From assembly GCA_964605455.1 (NCBI GenBank), contig CAZSCZ010000002.1, positions 1 to 37,990 on the forward strand: a stretch of 37,990 nucleotides of DNA. The letters run 5' to 3'. This DNA comes from an uncultured Spirochaetia bacterium (GTDB lineage Bacteria; Spirochaetota; JAHITG01; JAFGFC01). Both the position numbers and the translations under genes were made by a program. Under the pieces are notes generated by a model. The model saw only the letters and a program-made list of their open reading frames with translations, did not search any database and was not told the origin of the DNA. This document shows, one piece after another, positions 16,319-26,181 of the stretch (positions within the stretch are counted from its first letter, which is position 1; each line of letters starts with the position of its first letter).

Positions 16319-17806
16319 ATGATAAAGGGATTTTTAAAATATCTATTACTTATACCCTTTTTTTATGGAGCTCCTCTTGTAATTTATAGTAATATTGATT
16401 CTGTTTATAATAGGATAAGTATAATTGAAACATACGAATGTATCTCTTTTTTCAATCCAGCATATCTTTCTTATATTGATAGAAAAATATTTATATTCAC
16501 ATCTACACTTTATAATAATTCTGATGAGTTTAGCTATATAAAGGAATGGGAATTAAGAGAAATAAATATTGATACAAATAATGCAACGGACTATCCACCA
16601 AATGAAATTAGTATGGAAAAATATCAACATCCTGAAAATGAAATATCATTTGGGGTTCCAGTTGCAGTATTTTTACCATTTAAAATTAAAACAGGAAAAT
16701 TTGTATTAGGCTTAAATTATGAATTTGAAAAAAAGCAATCCAAAGATATCAGGAAAACTAAAAAAACTGGTCGCTCCAACTATTATATTAACACTAATGG
16801 AAATATTATTATTCCAGACACCCCAACAGAATATTTATATGAAAGTGTGGAAGAATCAAGGAACGATGAATTAATTCAATTTTATAATTTTTTATTCGGA
16901 TTTAAAATTTATAGAAATTCTTTTGGGGTTTCTTATGCATTAGAAAATAATATCAATAATTCAGAACAGAACAACAAATATAGCAAAATATCTCTTGAGA
17001 AAAAGTATTCATCATCATCTTCCTCGTCCTTTGAGAAGAATAAAACTGTTCATTACATCAAAATAGGTGATATAATTGAAGTTTCTTCTAAAATAAAACT
17101 AATTTTATTATTGAATTATAATAAATCTGAATATAATAAGCATAAATCAGATAATGCAGAATATTTTTTAAGTGATATTAATTACTCTATTACAAAAGAA
17201 AAATATAATTCAGAAATTATGGGAGGGCAGATTGGAGCAAGTTATAAATATAAAAATTTTTTACTTGTGCGAGCAGGGTATTCCTGTAATTATAATGACG
17301 AAAATAAATATGGTGTTAAAAATGAAAACAAATATAAGATTTATAATCAAAAAGGATTTTTGCATCAAATTCAATTATTATTATTTATAGCACTTTCAAG
17401 GGAATCTGTTATTGGCACTACATTTATATATTATTTTGATAAAATCAAAAAAGAAAAATTTTATATGACAAATGAAGGATTAATAAAGAAAGAAGATAAT
17501 ATCCTTTATAACAAATTTTTTAAAATCAAAATAGGTTTAGAAAAGCTTGTTACACAAAAACTTATTCTGAGGATTATTCTAAACCAAAAATATACAAAGG
17601 AAGACCTTTTACGAGAATCATATTATGATGAATTTACACAAGAAAGTAAATATTATAAGTATCAATCAGATGTAAGAATAGAGGGTGAAAGTTATTTTAC
17701 AGTTGGAGCCGGATATAAAATATTGGAAAATTTTTTATTAGATGGTGGAATAACTTTTAATTCAAAAAAGTTTTATATTGATATAGGGATAAAAAATTCT
17801 TTTTAA
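16319..17806 (+). CDS. hypothetical outer-membrane beta-barrel-like protein, Asn/Tyr/Ser-rich
   Basis: N-terminal hydrophobic signal-like segment. Alternating aromatic pattern. C-terminal ...DIGIKNSF ends in Phe. Contains a Ser7 run. No family recognised. Confidence 0.45.
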   Translation: MIKGFLKYLLLIPFFYGAPLVIYSNIDSVYNRISIIETYECISFFNPAYLSYIDRKIFIFTSTLYNNSDEFSYIKEWELREINIDTNNATDYPPNEISMEKYQHPENEISFGVPVAVFLPFKIKTGKFVLGLNYEFEKKQSKDIRKTKKTGRSNYYINTNGNIIIPDTPTEYLYESVEESRNDELIQFYNFLFGFKIYRNSFGVSYALENNINNSEQNNKYSKISLEKKYSSSSSSSFEKNKTVHYIKIGDIIEVSSKIKLILLLNYNKSEYNKHKSDNAEYFLSDINYSITKEKYNSEIMGGQIGASYKYKNFLLVRAGYSCNYNDENKYGVKNENKYKIYNQKGFLHQIQLLLFIALSRESVIGTTFIYYFDKIKKEKFYMTNEGLIKKEDNILYNKFFKIKIGLEKLVTQKLILRIILNQKYTKEDLLRESYYDEFTQESKYYKYQSDVRIEGESYFTVGAGYKILENFLLDGGITFNSKKFYIDIGIKNSF

Positions 17807-17814
17807 ATAAAGAA

Positions 17815-19998
17815 ATGAAAATAATCTTTGTTATTTTTGTTATACTATATTATTGCGACCCATTATATTGTAATACAATAAAAGGGAAAATTATAGAAGA
17901 TGCGACAGGCAAACCCATTTCTGATGCACAAATTTTAATAAAGGAGAAAAAACTAATACAGGTTTCAGATAAGGATGGTTTTTTTCAATTTGAAAATCTT
18001 TCCCCATCAAATTATACAATAAAAATTTTTCATTTCAATTATGAACCTTTTATAAAAAGTGTTGTTATATCTTCTAATGAAGATGTAATACTCAATATTA
18101 AATTAAAAAAGAGAGTATTTGAGTTACCATCTATTAAAGTAATTGGGAAACGGCAGAGGCCTAAAATAAGCAGCTATAAAATAGACAAGAAAAAGTTACA
18201 GGCAATTGCTGGGAATATGGGCGATGTGCTAAAATCAGTGCAATCACTTCCAGGGGTGACGCAAGTAATAGGATTTTCAAGTATATATATTGTGCGTGGC
18301 GGCACACCATATGATAGCAAAATATATTTTGATAGATTACCAATATTGCTGCCATTTCATTTTGGTGGATTTATTAGTGTAATTAATTCAGAAATAATAA
18401 AAGAAATAAATTTTTATGCAAGTGGATTTGGAGCAGAGTATGGAGATTGTATGGGCTCTGTTCTTGAGATAACTTCTGAAAAAAATAATGGCAATTTTGA
18501 AGGAAAAATTAATTTAAACTTACTAACATTAGATAGTTATTTTAATATCCCTTTAAAATCTGGTGCATATATAATATCTTCTTATCGCCAAAGCTATTTT
18601 CATCTTATCGCAAAAGACTTTTTTCCAGATTTTACAGTGTTCCCTTATTTTTATGATTATCAAATAAAATTTAATTATAACCTTTCAGATAGAAATCAAT
18701 TATCAATACTACTTTTAGGTTCAAAAGATAAGGCTGAATTAAAAATTAGTGAAAAATTAAGTCAAAAATTGAAAAATTCACTTGCAAGATTTGAAAATTA
18801 TTTCCACACTCAAGGAATAATTCTTAAATCTATTTTTGGGAAGAAATTAATTGTTCGGTCTATTTTGTATAGAAATTTGAACTTTTTTTATAACGAAATA
18901 GAAAATTCAATGCTTTTTAAAATTAGACTTATAACATATTCAATTAGCGAAGAATTAAGTTATATTTTCAATAAATTTCATAACATAAATTTTGGAGTAG
19001 GAATAAATTATAATAAGTGCTATTTTAAAAATATCTATGGCGAAAATGCCACAATACTCTTTTATAGTGATATAGATGAATATGTAAATGAAGGGAAAGA
19101 AGAAAAATCTGAATATAATTATTATTTTACATATTTGAAACATCAAATAAATATTTTTAAATGGAATATTATATCTGGCATAAGATATGAAAAAAAAGAT
19201 TACACTAAAGAACATCTATTTTCACCCAGAATATTAATTTCTAAAAAACTGACATCACATTTAAAATTAAATTTTTCTATAAATAAATATTATCAATCTC
19301 CACAAGTTTATCATACTTCTGGTGTAATGGGAAACCCTGATTTGTCCTCAATTATTTCTTATCATTATGTATATGGAATAGAATATAAATTTATAAAATA
19401 TTTTAAATTAAAGACTGAATTATATCATAAAAAGTTTGAAAATGTTATAGCTATTAGCGCAAATGAAAATAATGAAACATTTACAAACTCTGGAAAAGGT
19501 GAAGCAAATGGAATAGAATTTTATCTTTCATATAATATAAAAGAGAAAATTTGGGGATGGATAAGTTATTCGTATTCAATTGCTGAACGGAAATGGAGCG
19601 CAAATTCTCCAACAGTTTTATATTATTTTGATAAGCCGCATATATTTAATTTGCTGTTAAGCTATAAAATAAATCCAAAATTTCAGATAGGAGCAAAATT
19701 TAATTATACCAGTGGTATCCCTATGGAAAAAATTATTGGAGTAAAAAATGGTTCTACTGTAAATGAGATTTTTGAAACAACACGATATCCTGCATATCAT
19801 AGATTAGATTTAAGATTTGATTATTTCTTTAAGATATTCCAATGTGACGCAAAAGTTTATATTGAATTTTTAAATGTATATAATAGAAAAAATATAGTAG
19901 AATATATTTACAATAGCGATTATTCAAATTATAAAAACCCTACCAAATTATATGACCTTCCATTTCTGCCATTCTTAGGAATAGAGGTTAGATTCTAA
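17815..19998 (+). CDS. TonB-dependent receptor with an N-terminal carboxypeptidase-regulatory-like domain
   Basis: IKGKIIEDATGKPISDAQILI...DGFFQFENLSPSNYTIKIF (CarboxypepD_reg-like). Plug-like region ...MGDVLKSVQSLPGV.... Long barrel ending ...LGIEVRF. Confidence 0.75.
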   Translation: MKIIFVIFVILYYCDPLYCNTIKGKIIEDATGKPISDAQILIKEKKLIQVSDKDGFFQFENLSPSNYTIKIFHFNYEPFIKSVVISSNEDVILNIKLKKRVFELPSIKVIGKRQRPKISSYKIDKKKLQAIAGNMGDVLKSVQSLPGVTQVIGFSSIYIVRGGTPYDSKIYFDRLPILLPFHFGGFISVINSEIIKEINFYASGFGAEYGDCMGSVLEITSEKNNGNFEGKINLNLLTLDSYFNIPLKSGAYIISSYRQSYFHLIAKDFFPDFTVFPYFYDYQIKFNYNLSDRNQLSILLLGSKDKAELKISEKLSQKLKNSLARFENYFHTQGIILKSIFGKKLIVRSILYRNLNFFYNEIENSMLFKIRLITYSISEELSYIFNKFHNINFGVGINYNKCYFKNIYGENATILFYSDIDEYVNEGKEEKSEYNYYFTYLKHQINIFKWNIISGIRYEKKDYTKEHLFSPRILISKKLTSHLKLNFSINKYYQSPQVYHTSGVMGNPDLSSIISYHYVYGIEYKFIKYFKLKTELYHKKFENVIAISANENNETFTNSGKGEANGIEFYLSYNIKEKIWGWISYSYSIAERKWSANSPTVLYYFDKPHIFNLLLSYKINPKFQIGAKFNYTSGIPMEKIIGVKNGSTVNEIFETTRYPAYHRLDLRFDYFFKIFQCDAKVYIEFLNVYNRKNIVEYIYNSDYSNYKNPTKLYDLPFLPFLGIEVRF

Positions 19999-20011
19999 AT
20001 TATTATTTTTC

Positions 20012-20836
20012 TCAATTTAACTTAAAATGTGGAGAGCCTGTCTTCAATTTCTCCGATTCTTCAACAATGTTAACTATATCGTCTATTTTAATAGATTCTC
20101 CATTATCTTTAATATGAGATAGAAACTCTATATTGCCTTTAGGTCCTTTTATTGGGGAATAGGTTAAATTTACAATTTTTAATTTAATAGAATTTATATA
20201 TTCTAAAAATCTCTGAAGCACTTTTATATGCACAGATTTATCTCTAACAACACCTTTTTTTACTTCCTTTTTTTCAGCTTCAAATTGGGGCTTTATTAAA
20301 ACAATTATATCAAAATCAGAATTTAAATAAGGAATTAAAATATGAAGAAATTTTTTAACAGAAATAAATGATACATCTACTGTTACAATATCAATCTTTT
20401 CATAAAAAGTTTTTTCGTCTATATATCGTATATTGGTTTTTTCGCACAATATAACCCTTGGGTCATTACGCAATTTCAAATCCAGCTGACCATAGCCCAC
20501 ATCTACAGCGTAAACCTTTTTTACTCCATACTGTAGAAGACAATCGGTAAAGCCACCTGTTGATGCACCTATATCAAGAGCAACCTTCCCTAAAAGTTTT
20601 ATATTAAATGTATTAAGTGCTTTTTCTAATTTATATCCACCTCTACTTACATACTTTTCAGGTTCGTAAATTTTAACATTTTTTATTTCATCAGGAGAAA
20701 AAAGTTTTCCTGGTTTGTCCTGCCTTGTATTATTGATAAATATTCTTCCTGTAGAAATATATGAAGAGGCTTTTGAACGAGATTTAAAGTAACCTTTTTC
20801 TACAAGGATAATATCAAGCCTTTTTTTATTTTTCAT
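20012..20836 (-). CDS. tlyA: TlyA family rRNA (cytidine-2'-O)-methyltransferase
   Basis: S4-like N-terminus RLDIILVEKGYFKSRSKASSYI. FtsJ-type SAM motif LDIGASTGGFTDCLLQ. Confidence 0.85.
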   Translation of the reverse strand: MKNKKRLDIILVEKGYFKSRSKASSYISTGRIFINNTRQDKPGKLFSPDEIKNVKIYEPEKYVSRGGYKLEKALNTFNIKLLGKVALDIGASTGGFTDCLLQYGVKKVYAVDVGYGQLDLKLRNDPRVILCEKTNIRYIDEKTFYEKIDIVTVDVSFISVKKFLHILIPYLNSDFDIIVLIKPQFEAEKKEVKKGVVRDKSVHIKVLQRFLEYINSIKLKIVNLTYSPIKGPKGNIEFLSHIKDNGESIKIDDIVNIVEESEKLKTGSPHFKLN

Positions 20837-22692
20837 AAATCTTTAATTTTTTTGTATATATGCTCTGCTTTCAAATAGTATTTAGCTCTTAATACATCGG
20901 GGTCACCATGTTCAATAAATTTATCAGGCAACGCAAAAACTTTTATATTTTTATAAATTTTGTGTTTATTAAGAATTGCAATAATTTCCTCATTCATTCC
21001 ACCATTTAAAGCATTTTCTTCTAAAATAACAATATTTTTTATAGGTTTTATCAGTCTTATTAGATATTTCTCATTTATTGGTTTAATTGTTCTTATATTT
21101 AAAACCATACATTTTCCTTCAGGAAACATTTTTGAAAGTTTCAATGCTTCTTCAACCATTATGCCTGTTGCAATAAGTGCAATATCATTGCCTTGCTTTA
21201 GAATTTCTATTGACCCGATTCTTATTTGTTTAAATGGATTTTTTAAATTAAGTTCCTCTTCAGGAATTACATATCTTGGATACCTTACAAAAATTGGACC
21301 ATTATTATATTGAATTGCTGTATAGATCATATTTCTAAATTCTTTTCCATTTTTAGGCACAAGAATTGTAGTATTTGGAATAAGTCTTAGATACGAAATA
21401 TCAAATGCTCCCTGATGAGTTTCACCATCTCCACCAACTATTCCTGCTCTATCAATAAAAAATTTTACAGGTAATTTTGCAATAGCCACATCATGAATAA
21501 TTTGGTCAAAAGCACGCTGAAGAAAAGTTGAATATATAGCCACAACAGGCTTAAATCCGGATGCAGCAAGTGCTGCACTAAATGTTACTGCATGTTGTTC
21601 AGCAATTCCCACATCAAAAAATCTTTCAGGGAATTCTTTTTTAAATAAATCTAAACCTGTGCCTTCAGGCATAGCAGCTGTTATTGCTATAACTTTTTTA
21701 TCTCTTTTTGCAATCTGTAAAATTGTATGGGCAAATACATCTGTATAGCTTAATTGTTTTTTCTTTGAGCCATTTCCTGTAATAATATCAAAAGAAGAAA
21801 CCCCGTGAAATTTTTCAGGTCTCTCTTCTGCATATTTATATCCTTTCCCTTTTACTGTATTAATGTGATATAATATCGGACGGCCTTTTATATTTTTTAA
21901 TCTTGTTAAAGTTTTTATTAATGATTTAATATTGTGCCCATCTTCAGGCCCAATATACATAAACCCTAACTCTTCAAACAAAATTCCTGGCACAAATAAA
22001 GATTTTATAGATTCAGCTATTTTATTTTTTAATTTATAAAGTCTTTTACCTATTTCTGGAAATGCAAGTAGAAGTTTTTCTATTTTATTTTTTATTTTGT
22101 TATAAATTGTGCCAGTAATAATCCTATTCAAATATCCGGCAATAGCACCTACATTTGGCGCAATGGACATTTCGTTTGTATTAAGTATAACAATAACATC
22201 TTTTTGAAGATGCCCTAAATTGTTAAGTCCCTCAAAAGCGACTCCACCAGTAAGTGCTCCATCCCCTATTATAGCGACTATATTAAAATCTTCTTTTTTT
22301 AAATCACGTGCAACAGCAGTTCCAGCAGCAAGTGATAAGGATGTGCTTGAGTGACCTACAATATATGTATCGTATTTACTTTCTTCTGGCTTGGGGAAAC
22401 CACTTAATCCTTTATATTGCCGTAATGTATTAAATTTATTCTTACGCCCAGTTAAAATTTTATGAACATAGCACTGATGCCCTACATCCCATATTATTTT
22501 ATCTTTTGGTGTATCAAATACATAATGTAATGCAATTGTCAATTCTACAACGCCAAGATTTGATGCAAGATGACCTCCTGTCCTTGATATATTTTTTATT
22601 AAAAAATCTCGTATCTCCTGCGCCAGAATTCTTAACTCTTTAAACGAAAGTTTTTTTATATCTCTTGGATAATTTATTTTCTCAAGTATCAT
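20833..22692 (-). CDS. dxs: 1-deoxy-D-xylulose-5-phosphate synthase
   Basis: GGHLASNLGVVELTIALHYVF, GHSSTSLSLAAG, IGDGALTGG (TPP motif). 619 aa. Confidence 0.95.
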   Translation of the reverse strand: MILEKINYPRDIKKLSFKELRILAQEIRDFLIKNISRTGGHLASNLGVVELTIALHYVFDTPKDKIIWDVGHQCYVHKILTGRKNKFNTLRQYKGLSGFPKPEESKYDTYIVGHSSTSLSLAAGTAVARDLKKEDFNIVAIIGDGALTGGVAFEGLNNLGHLQKDVIVILNTNEMSIAPNVGAIAGYLNRIITGTIYNKIKNKIEKLLLAFPEIGKRLYKLKNKIAESIKSLFVPGILFEELGFMYIGPEDGHNIKSLIKTLTRLKNIKGRPILYHINTVKGKGYKYAEERPEKFHGVSSFDIITGNGSKKKQLSYTDVFAHTILQIAKRDKKVIAITAAMPEGTGLDLFKKEFPERFFDVGIAEQHAVTFSAALAASGFKPVVAIYSTFLQRAFDQIIHDVAIAKLPVKFFIDRAGIVGGDGETHQGAFDISYLRLIPNTTILVPKNGKEFRNMIYTAIQYNNGPIFVRYPRYVIPEEELNLKNPFKQIRIGSIEILKQGNDIALIATGIMVEEALKLSKMFPEGKCMVLNIRTIKPINEKYLIRLIKPIKNIVILEENALNGGMNEEIIAILNKHKIYKNIKVFALPDKFIEHGDPDVLRAKYYLKAEHIYKKIKDL

Positions 22693-23489
22693 TAGTCTCT
22701 CACTTTATAATTAATTCTGAAAATTTTAATAGCTTTCATATTTGATTTTAAAATAGAAACAACTACGCCATTTATTCTTAAATCATCTGTTGCAACTTTA
22801 AATTTTATTGGCATCCGTGTAAGAAAATGAGATATTACATTTTCTTTTTCCATCCCAATTACAGAATCAAAAGCACCTGTCATTCCTACATCAGTAATAT
22901 AAGCTGTTCCTTTAGGTAGTATAGTTTCATCTGCTGTTTGTATATGAGTATGAGTACCAATTACTGCAGTAACTTTTCCGTCTAAAAACCATCCCATTGC
23001 TACTTTTTCAGAAGTAACCTCAGCATGAAAATCTACAATTGATATGTCATATCTTTCTCTGGCAACAGAATTTAAAATATCAGAAATTTTTTGAAATGGA
23101 CAATCAACTTCCAATAAATTTACTCTTCCCAAAAGATTTATTACAAGTATTTTAATATTTTCTTTTTTATAAATATTCCAGCCTTTACCAGGATTTGAAT
23201 CGGGATAATTCGCAGGTCTTAAAAGACGTGGTTCTATATCAATTATTTTCAAGATATCTTTATTTTTCCAAATATGATTTCCTGTAGTAATAACATCAAT
23301 TCCTTTTTCAAAAAGCTGACTAACTATTTTTGTAGTCATACCAAATCCACCAGCCGCATTTTCACCATTTGCAATTACAAAATTTATTTTATATTCATCT
23401 ATAATCTTGGAAAGTGCTGCTGTTAAACACTGTCGTCCAGATTTGCCTACAATATCACCTATCAAGAGTATATTAAAATTTTCATTCAT
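22692..23489 (-). CDS. ymdB: YmdB-like (TIGR00282) metallophosphoesterase
   Basis: ILLIGDIVGKSGR, ANGENAAGGFG, TGNHIW, GTHTHIQTAD. Lies immediately downstream of rny, as in Bacillus. Confidence 0.85.
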   Translation of the reverse strand: MNENFNILLIGDIVGKSGRQCLTAALSKIIDEYKINFVIANGENAAGGFGMTTKIVSQLFEKGIDVITTGNHIWKNKDILKIIDIEPRLLRPANYPDSNPGKGWNIYKKENIKILVINLLGRVNLLEVDCPFQKISDILNSVARERYDISIVDFHAEVTSEKVAMGWFLDGKVTAVIGTHTHIQTADETILPKGTAYITDVGMTGAFDSVIGMEKENVISHFLTRMPIKFKVATDDLRINGVVVSILKSNMKAIKIFRINYKVRD

Positions 23490-23495
23490 TTATTT

Positions 23496-25031
23496 TTACC
23501 TTGCATATTCAACTATTCTGGTCTCTCTTATAAGAGTAACTTTAACTTGGCCAGGGTAACGTAGTTCGCTTTCAATCTTTTTAGCTATTTCCTTTGCAAG
23601 GAATTTAGAATCCTCATCTGAGACCTGACTATTTGAAACTATAATTCTTATCTCACGGCCAGCCTGAATAGCATAAGACTTCTCTACTCCTTTAAATGAG
23701 TTAGCTATCTTTTCAAGCGTTTCAAGTCGTTTGATATATTCATCAACATTTTCTTTTCTTGCTCCTGGTCTTGAAGCTGAAATTGCATCTGCTGCCTGGA
23801 CCAACACAGCATATACAGATTCAGGTTCTCTATCTCCATGATGAGATGCAATTGCATTGACAACTATTGGATTTTCATTATATTTTTTAATAAATTCTGC
23901 ACCAGCAATAGCATGTGTTCCTTCGCCAGCATCAGTGGAAAGACATTTCCCAATATCGTGAAATAATCCAATTCTTTTTGCTAATTGTGAATCCAGCCCT
24001 AAATCAGATGCTATTGAACTGCATAGATAAGCTACTTCAATGCAATGATTAAGTGTATTTTGACCATAACTTAACCTGTAATTCATTTTTCCTATTAATT
24101 TAATTATATCAGGATGAATACCCTGTAATCCTAACTCAAATATTGCTTGCTCACCACGCTCTACCATATAATTTTCAATATTTTTTTTAACTGTTTCAAC
24201 CATTTCTTCTATTCTGGTTGGATGAATTCTACCGTCAAATATAAGTTTTTCTAAAGCAATTTTCGCAATTTCACGTCTCAAAGGGTCATAACCTGAAATA
24301 ATAACTGTATCTGGTGTGTCGTCTATTATAATATCAACTCCTGTAAGATTTTCAAGCGTCCGAATATTTCTACCTTCTCTTCCTATTATCTTTCCTTTTA
24401 TTTCATCATTAGGAAGATGAACAGTAGTCACAGAAAATTCAGAGGTAAATTCAGATGCATTCCTTTGAATTGCATTAATAATTATTTCTTTTGCTTTCGC
24501 TTCTGCAGACCTTCGTGCTTCTTCTTCTATCGTAGATGAAATTTTCAGTGCATCGTATCTTGCTTCCTTTTCTACATTTTCTAAAAGTAATTTCCTTGCC
24601 TCTTCTCTGCTCAGCTTTGATATCTTCTCAAGTTGCTCCTGAATCCTTTCTTGCTCCTGTTTTAAATATCCTTCTTTCTCTCTTAACTCCTTCTCTAATT
24701 GGTCAGCAAGCGATTCTTTTTTTTCTAAAATTTCGACTCTTTTATCAATAGTCTCTTCTTTCTGCCTAAGCCTCTGTTCAAGACTTTGCAGCTCTTCTCG
24801 CCGTGTCCTGAACTCTCGCTCAAATTCACTTCTTTCATTATATAACTGATCTCGTGCCTCAAGTATAAGCTCTTTCTGCTTAGATTCTGCTTCTCGTTCC
24901 GCATCTTCAAGAATCTTTTTTGCCTTAACTTCTGCACTTGTTAATTTTATCCTTCCTATTAAAAGCCTTAATCCATAACCTAATGCTATGCCGCCAATTA
25001 GAGAAGGGAGTATATATCTTAATACCTCCAT
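23496..25031 (-). CDS. rny: ribonuclease Y
   Basis: N-terminal TM helix, long E/K/R coiled coil, KH domain (IGREGRNIR), HD domain (LFHDIGK). Preferred start is ATG 25031, preceded by GAGAGGGGGTG. The 19-codon extension in the ORF track contains the predicted promoter. Confidence 0.9.
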   Translation of the reverse strand: MEVLRYILPSLIGGIALGYGLRLLIGRIKLTSAEVKAKKILEDAEREAESKQKELILEARDQLYNERSEFEREFRTRREELQSLEQRLRQKEETIDKRVEILEKKESLADQLEKELREKEGYLKQEQERIQEQLEKISKLSREEARKLLLENVEKEARYDALKISSTIEEEARRSAEAKAKEIIINAIQRNASEFTSEFSVTTVHLPNDEIKGKIIGREGRNIRTLENLTGVDIIIDDTPDTVIISGYDPLRREIAKIALEKLIFDGRIHPTRIEEMVETVKKNIENYMVERGEQAIFELGLQGIHPDIIKLIGKMNYRLSYGQNTLNHCIEVAYLCSSIASDLGLDSQLAKRIGLFHDIGKCLSTDAGEGTHAIAGAEFIKKYNENPIVVNAIASHHGDREPESVYAVLVQAADAISASRPGARKENVDEYIKRLETLEKIANSFKGVEKSYAIQAGREIRIIVSNSQVSDEDSKFLAKEIAKKIESELRYPGQVKVTLIRETRIVEYAR

Positions 25032-25066
25032 ATACACCCCCTCTCTAATTCTTTTTAAATTTATTG

Positions 25067-25095
25067 ATATTACTAATATTAAATTCATTTGTCAA
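25067..25095 (-). promoter_or_regulatory. sigma-70-type promoter TTGACA-N17-TAATAT for rny
   Basis: Reverse strand: atatTTGACAaatgaatttaatattagTAATATcaat. Leader of about 30 nt to the ATG at 25031. Confidence 0.5.
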
Positions 25096-25447
25096 TATAA
25101 ATTTAAGTGTGCTTGAAAAATAATTTATAATTTTAAATATATCAATAATTGTAAAAAAAGAAATATATCTTTTCCTAATATAATTTAAATGATAATAAAC
25201 TTTTTTTACCCATTTATGTCTTAAACATAGTTATAAACTTCTGGACTTTTGTATATAAATTTATATGTTATTCATTAAATAAATAAAGTGACAATTACTG
25301 AATAAATACCATAAAACATATAAAGATTTTATACAGGTAAAAGCTAATTTTAGTGATAAGTTTTTAATATGAAACGAAAAGTAATAATAAATATTCTGTA
25401 AATTCTGTGTCACTGTGACTAAACATAATATAACAAGGAGGCATATA

Positions 25448-25840
25448 GTGAAAAAAATATTGATAATTGATGATGATGTAGATTTTGTTAATGCTATAAA
25501 ATTGTTATTGGAATCAAAAAATTATACTGTTATTTCTGCCACTAATAGTGAGAAAGCACTGATATCTATAGAAAAAGAAAAACCTGATTTAATAATTTTA
25601 GATGTAATGATGGATAGCCCAGATGAAGGTTTTCAATTTGCATATAAGATACGTTCAAGCGAAAAATTTAAAAATATACCTATACTTATGACTACAGCAG
25701 TTTCACAGATAACTGGATTTAAATTTTCACCTAAAAATGATAACATAGATGAAAATTGGATACCAGTAGATGAGTTCATAGAAAAGCCTATTGAGAGCGA
25801 ACAATTTTTAAAGAAAGTAGAACATCTACTCCAAAAATAG
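25448..25840 (+). CDS. stand-alone response regulator receiver (CheY-like) protein
   Basis: GTG 25448 preceded by AAGGAGG plus 6 nt. KILIIDDD acidic pocket, phospho-acceptor in IILDVMM, then MTTA and EKP. No output domain. Confidence 0.8.
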   Translation: MKKILIIDDDVDFVNAIKLLLESKNYTVISATNSEKALISIEKEKPDLIILDVMMDSPDEGFQFAYKIRSSEKFKNIPILMTTAVSQITGFKFSPKNDNIDENWIPVDEFIEKPIESEQFLKKVEHLLQK

Positions 25841-25901
25841 TAAAAGATATTATACTTAACATTATAAAAAATAGGGCAATAGTTCAAATTTTTTAAAAAA
25901 T

Positions 25902-25931
25902 GTAGCAACAGGACTTTAGCCCTGTTGAAAT
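25902..25931 (+). repeat. 30-nt hairpin repeat unit GTAGCAACAGGACTTTAGCCCTGTTGAAAT
   Basis: 7-bp stem CAACAGG/CCTGTTG with loop ACTTTAGC. Related units occur at 35509-35538 (+), 35546-35572 (inverted) and, in degenerate form, at 26109-26142. Confidence 0.55.
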
Positions 25932-26181
25932 ATAGTTTGTAGATGAGAAATATATCTGTTCCCTATAAAAATCGCAAAGAAATAATAATTTTTGTTTTTT
26001 AGAAAGTCTGAAATATTACAAAATAGTTTTTTCGCAAAATGAAAGGGAAAGTCAGAACAAGTAATTTCTGACAATTTATTGGGTTAATGGAAAATTAGAT
26101 TTTTTAATGTAAAAACAAACTTTTTTCCTGTCTATTAAAAATATATTGCACAAAAAATTAATAAAGTTGTGCACCGTCCCC

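Noticed and set aside
25032-25088. N-terminal extensions suggested by the ORF track: rny to 25088, response regulator from 25415, rodZ to 29986, acyl-CoA ligase to 16175, TolB-like to 11600, small protein from 35708
   Set aside because: In most cases a downstream ATG or GTG is preceded by a strong GGAGG-type SD at proper spacing, and the protein family starts there. For rny the extension contains the predicted -10 box. For the small protein the downstream ATG 35771 has only a weak SD; it is preferred because the track TTG 35708 lies inside the direct repeat.
25936-25944. TTTGTAGAT, reminiscent of the 3' end of Cas12a direct repeats
   Set aside because: The upstream bases (ATATAG) are not complementary to GTAGA, so the Cas12a pseudoknot/hairpin cannot form. 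This is probably a chance match in AT-rich DNA.
25902-26142. CRISPR array, since the 30-nt units have a stem and a GTTGAAAT-type 3' end
   Set aside because: There are only one good and one degenerate copy at this locus, about 207 nt apart with no regular repeat-spacer period. At 35.5 kb the two copies are inverted relative to each other. No cas-like genes are in the window.
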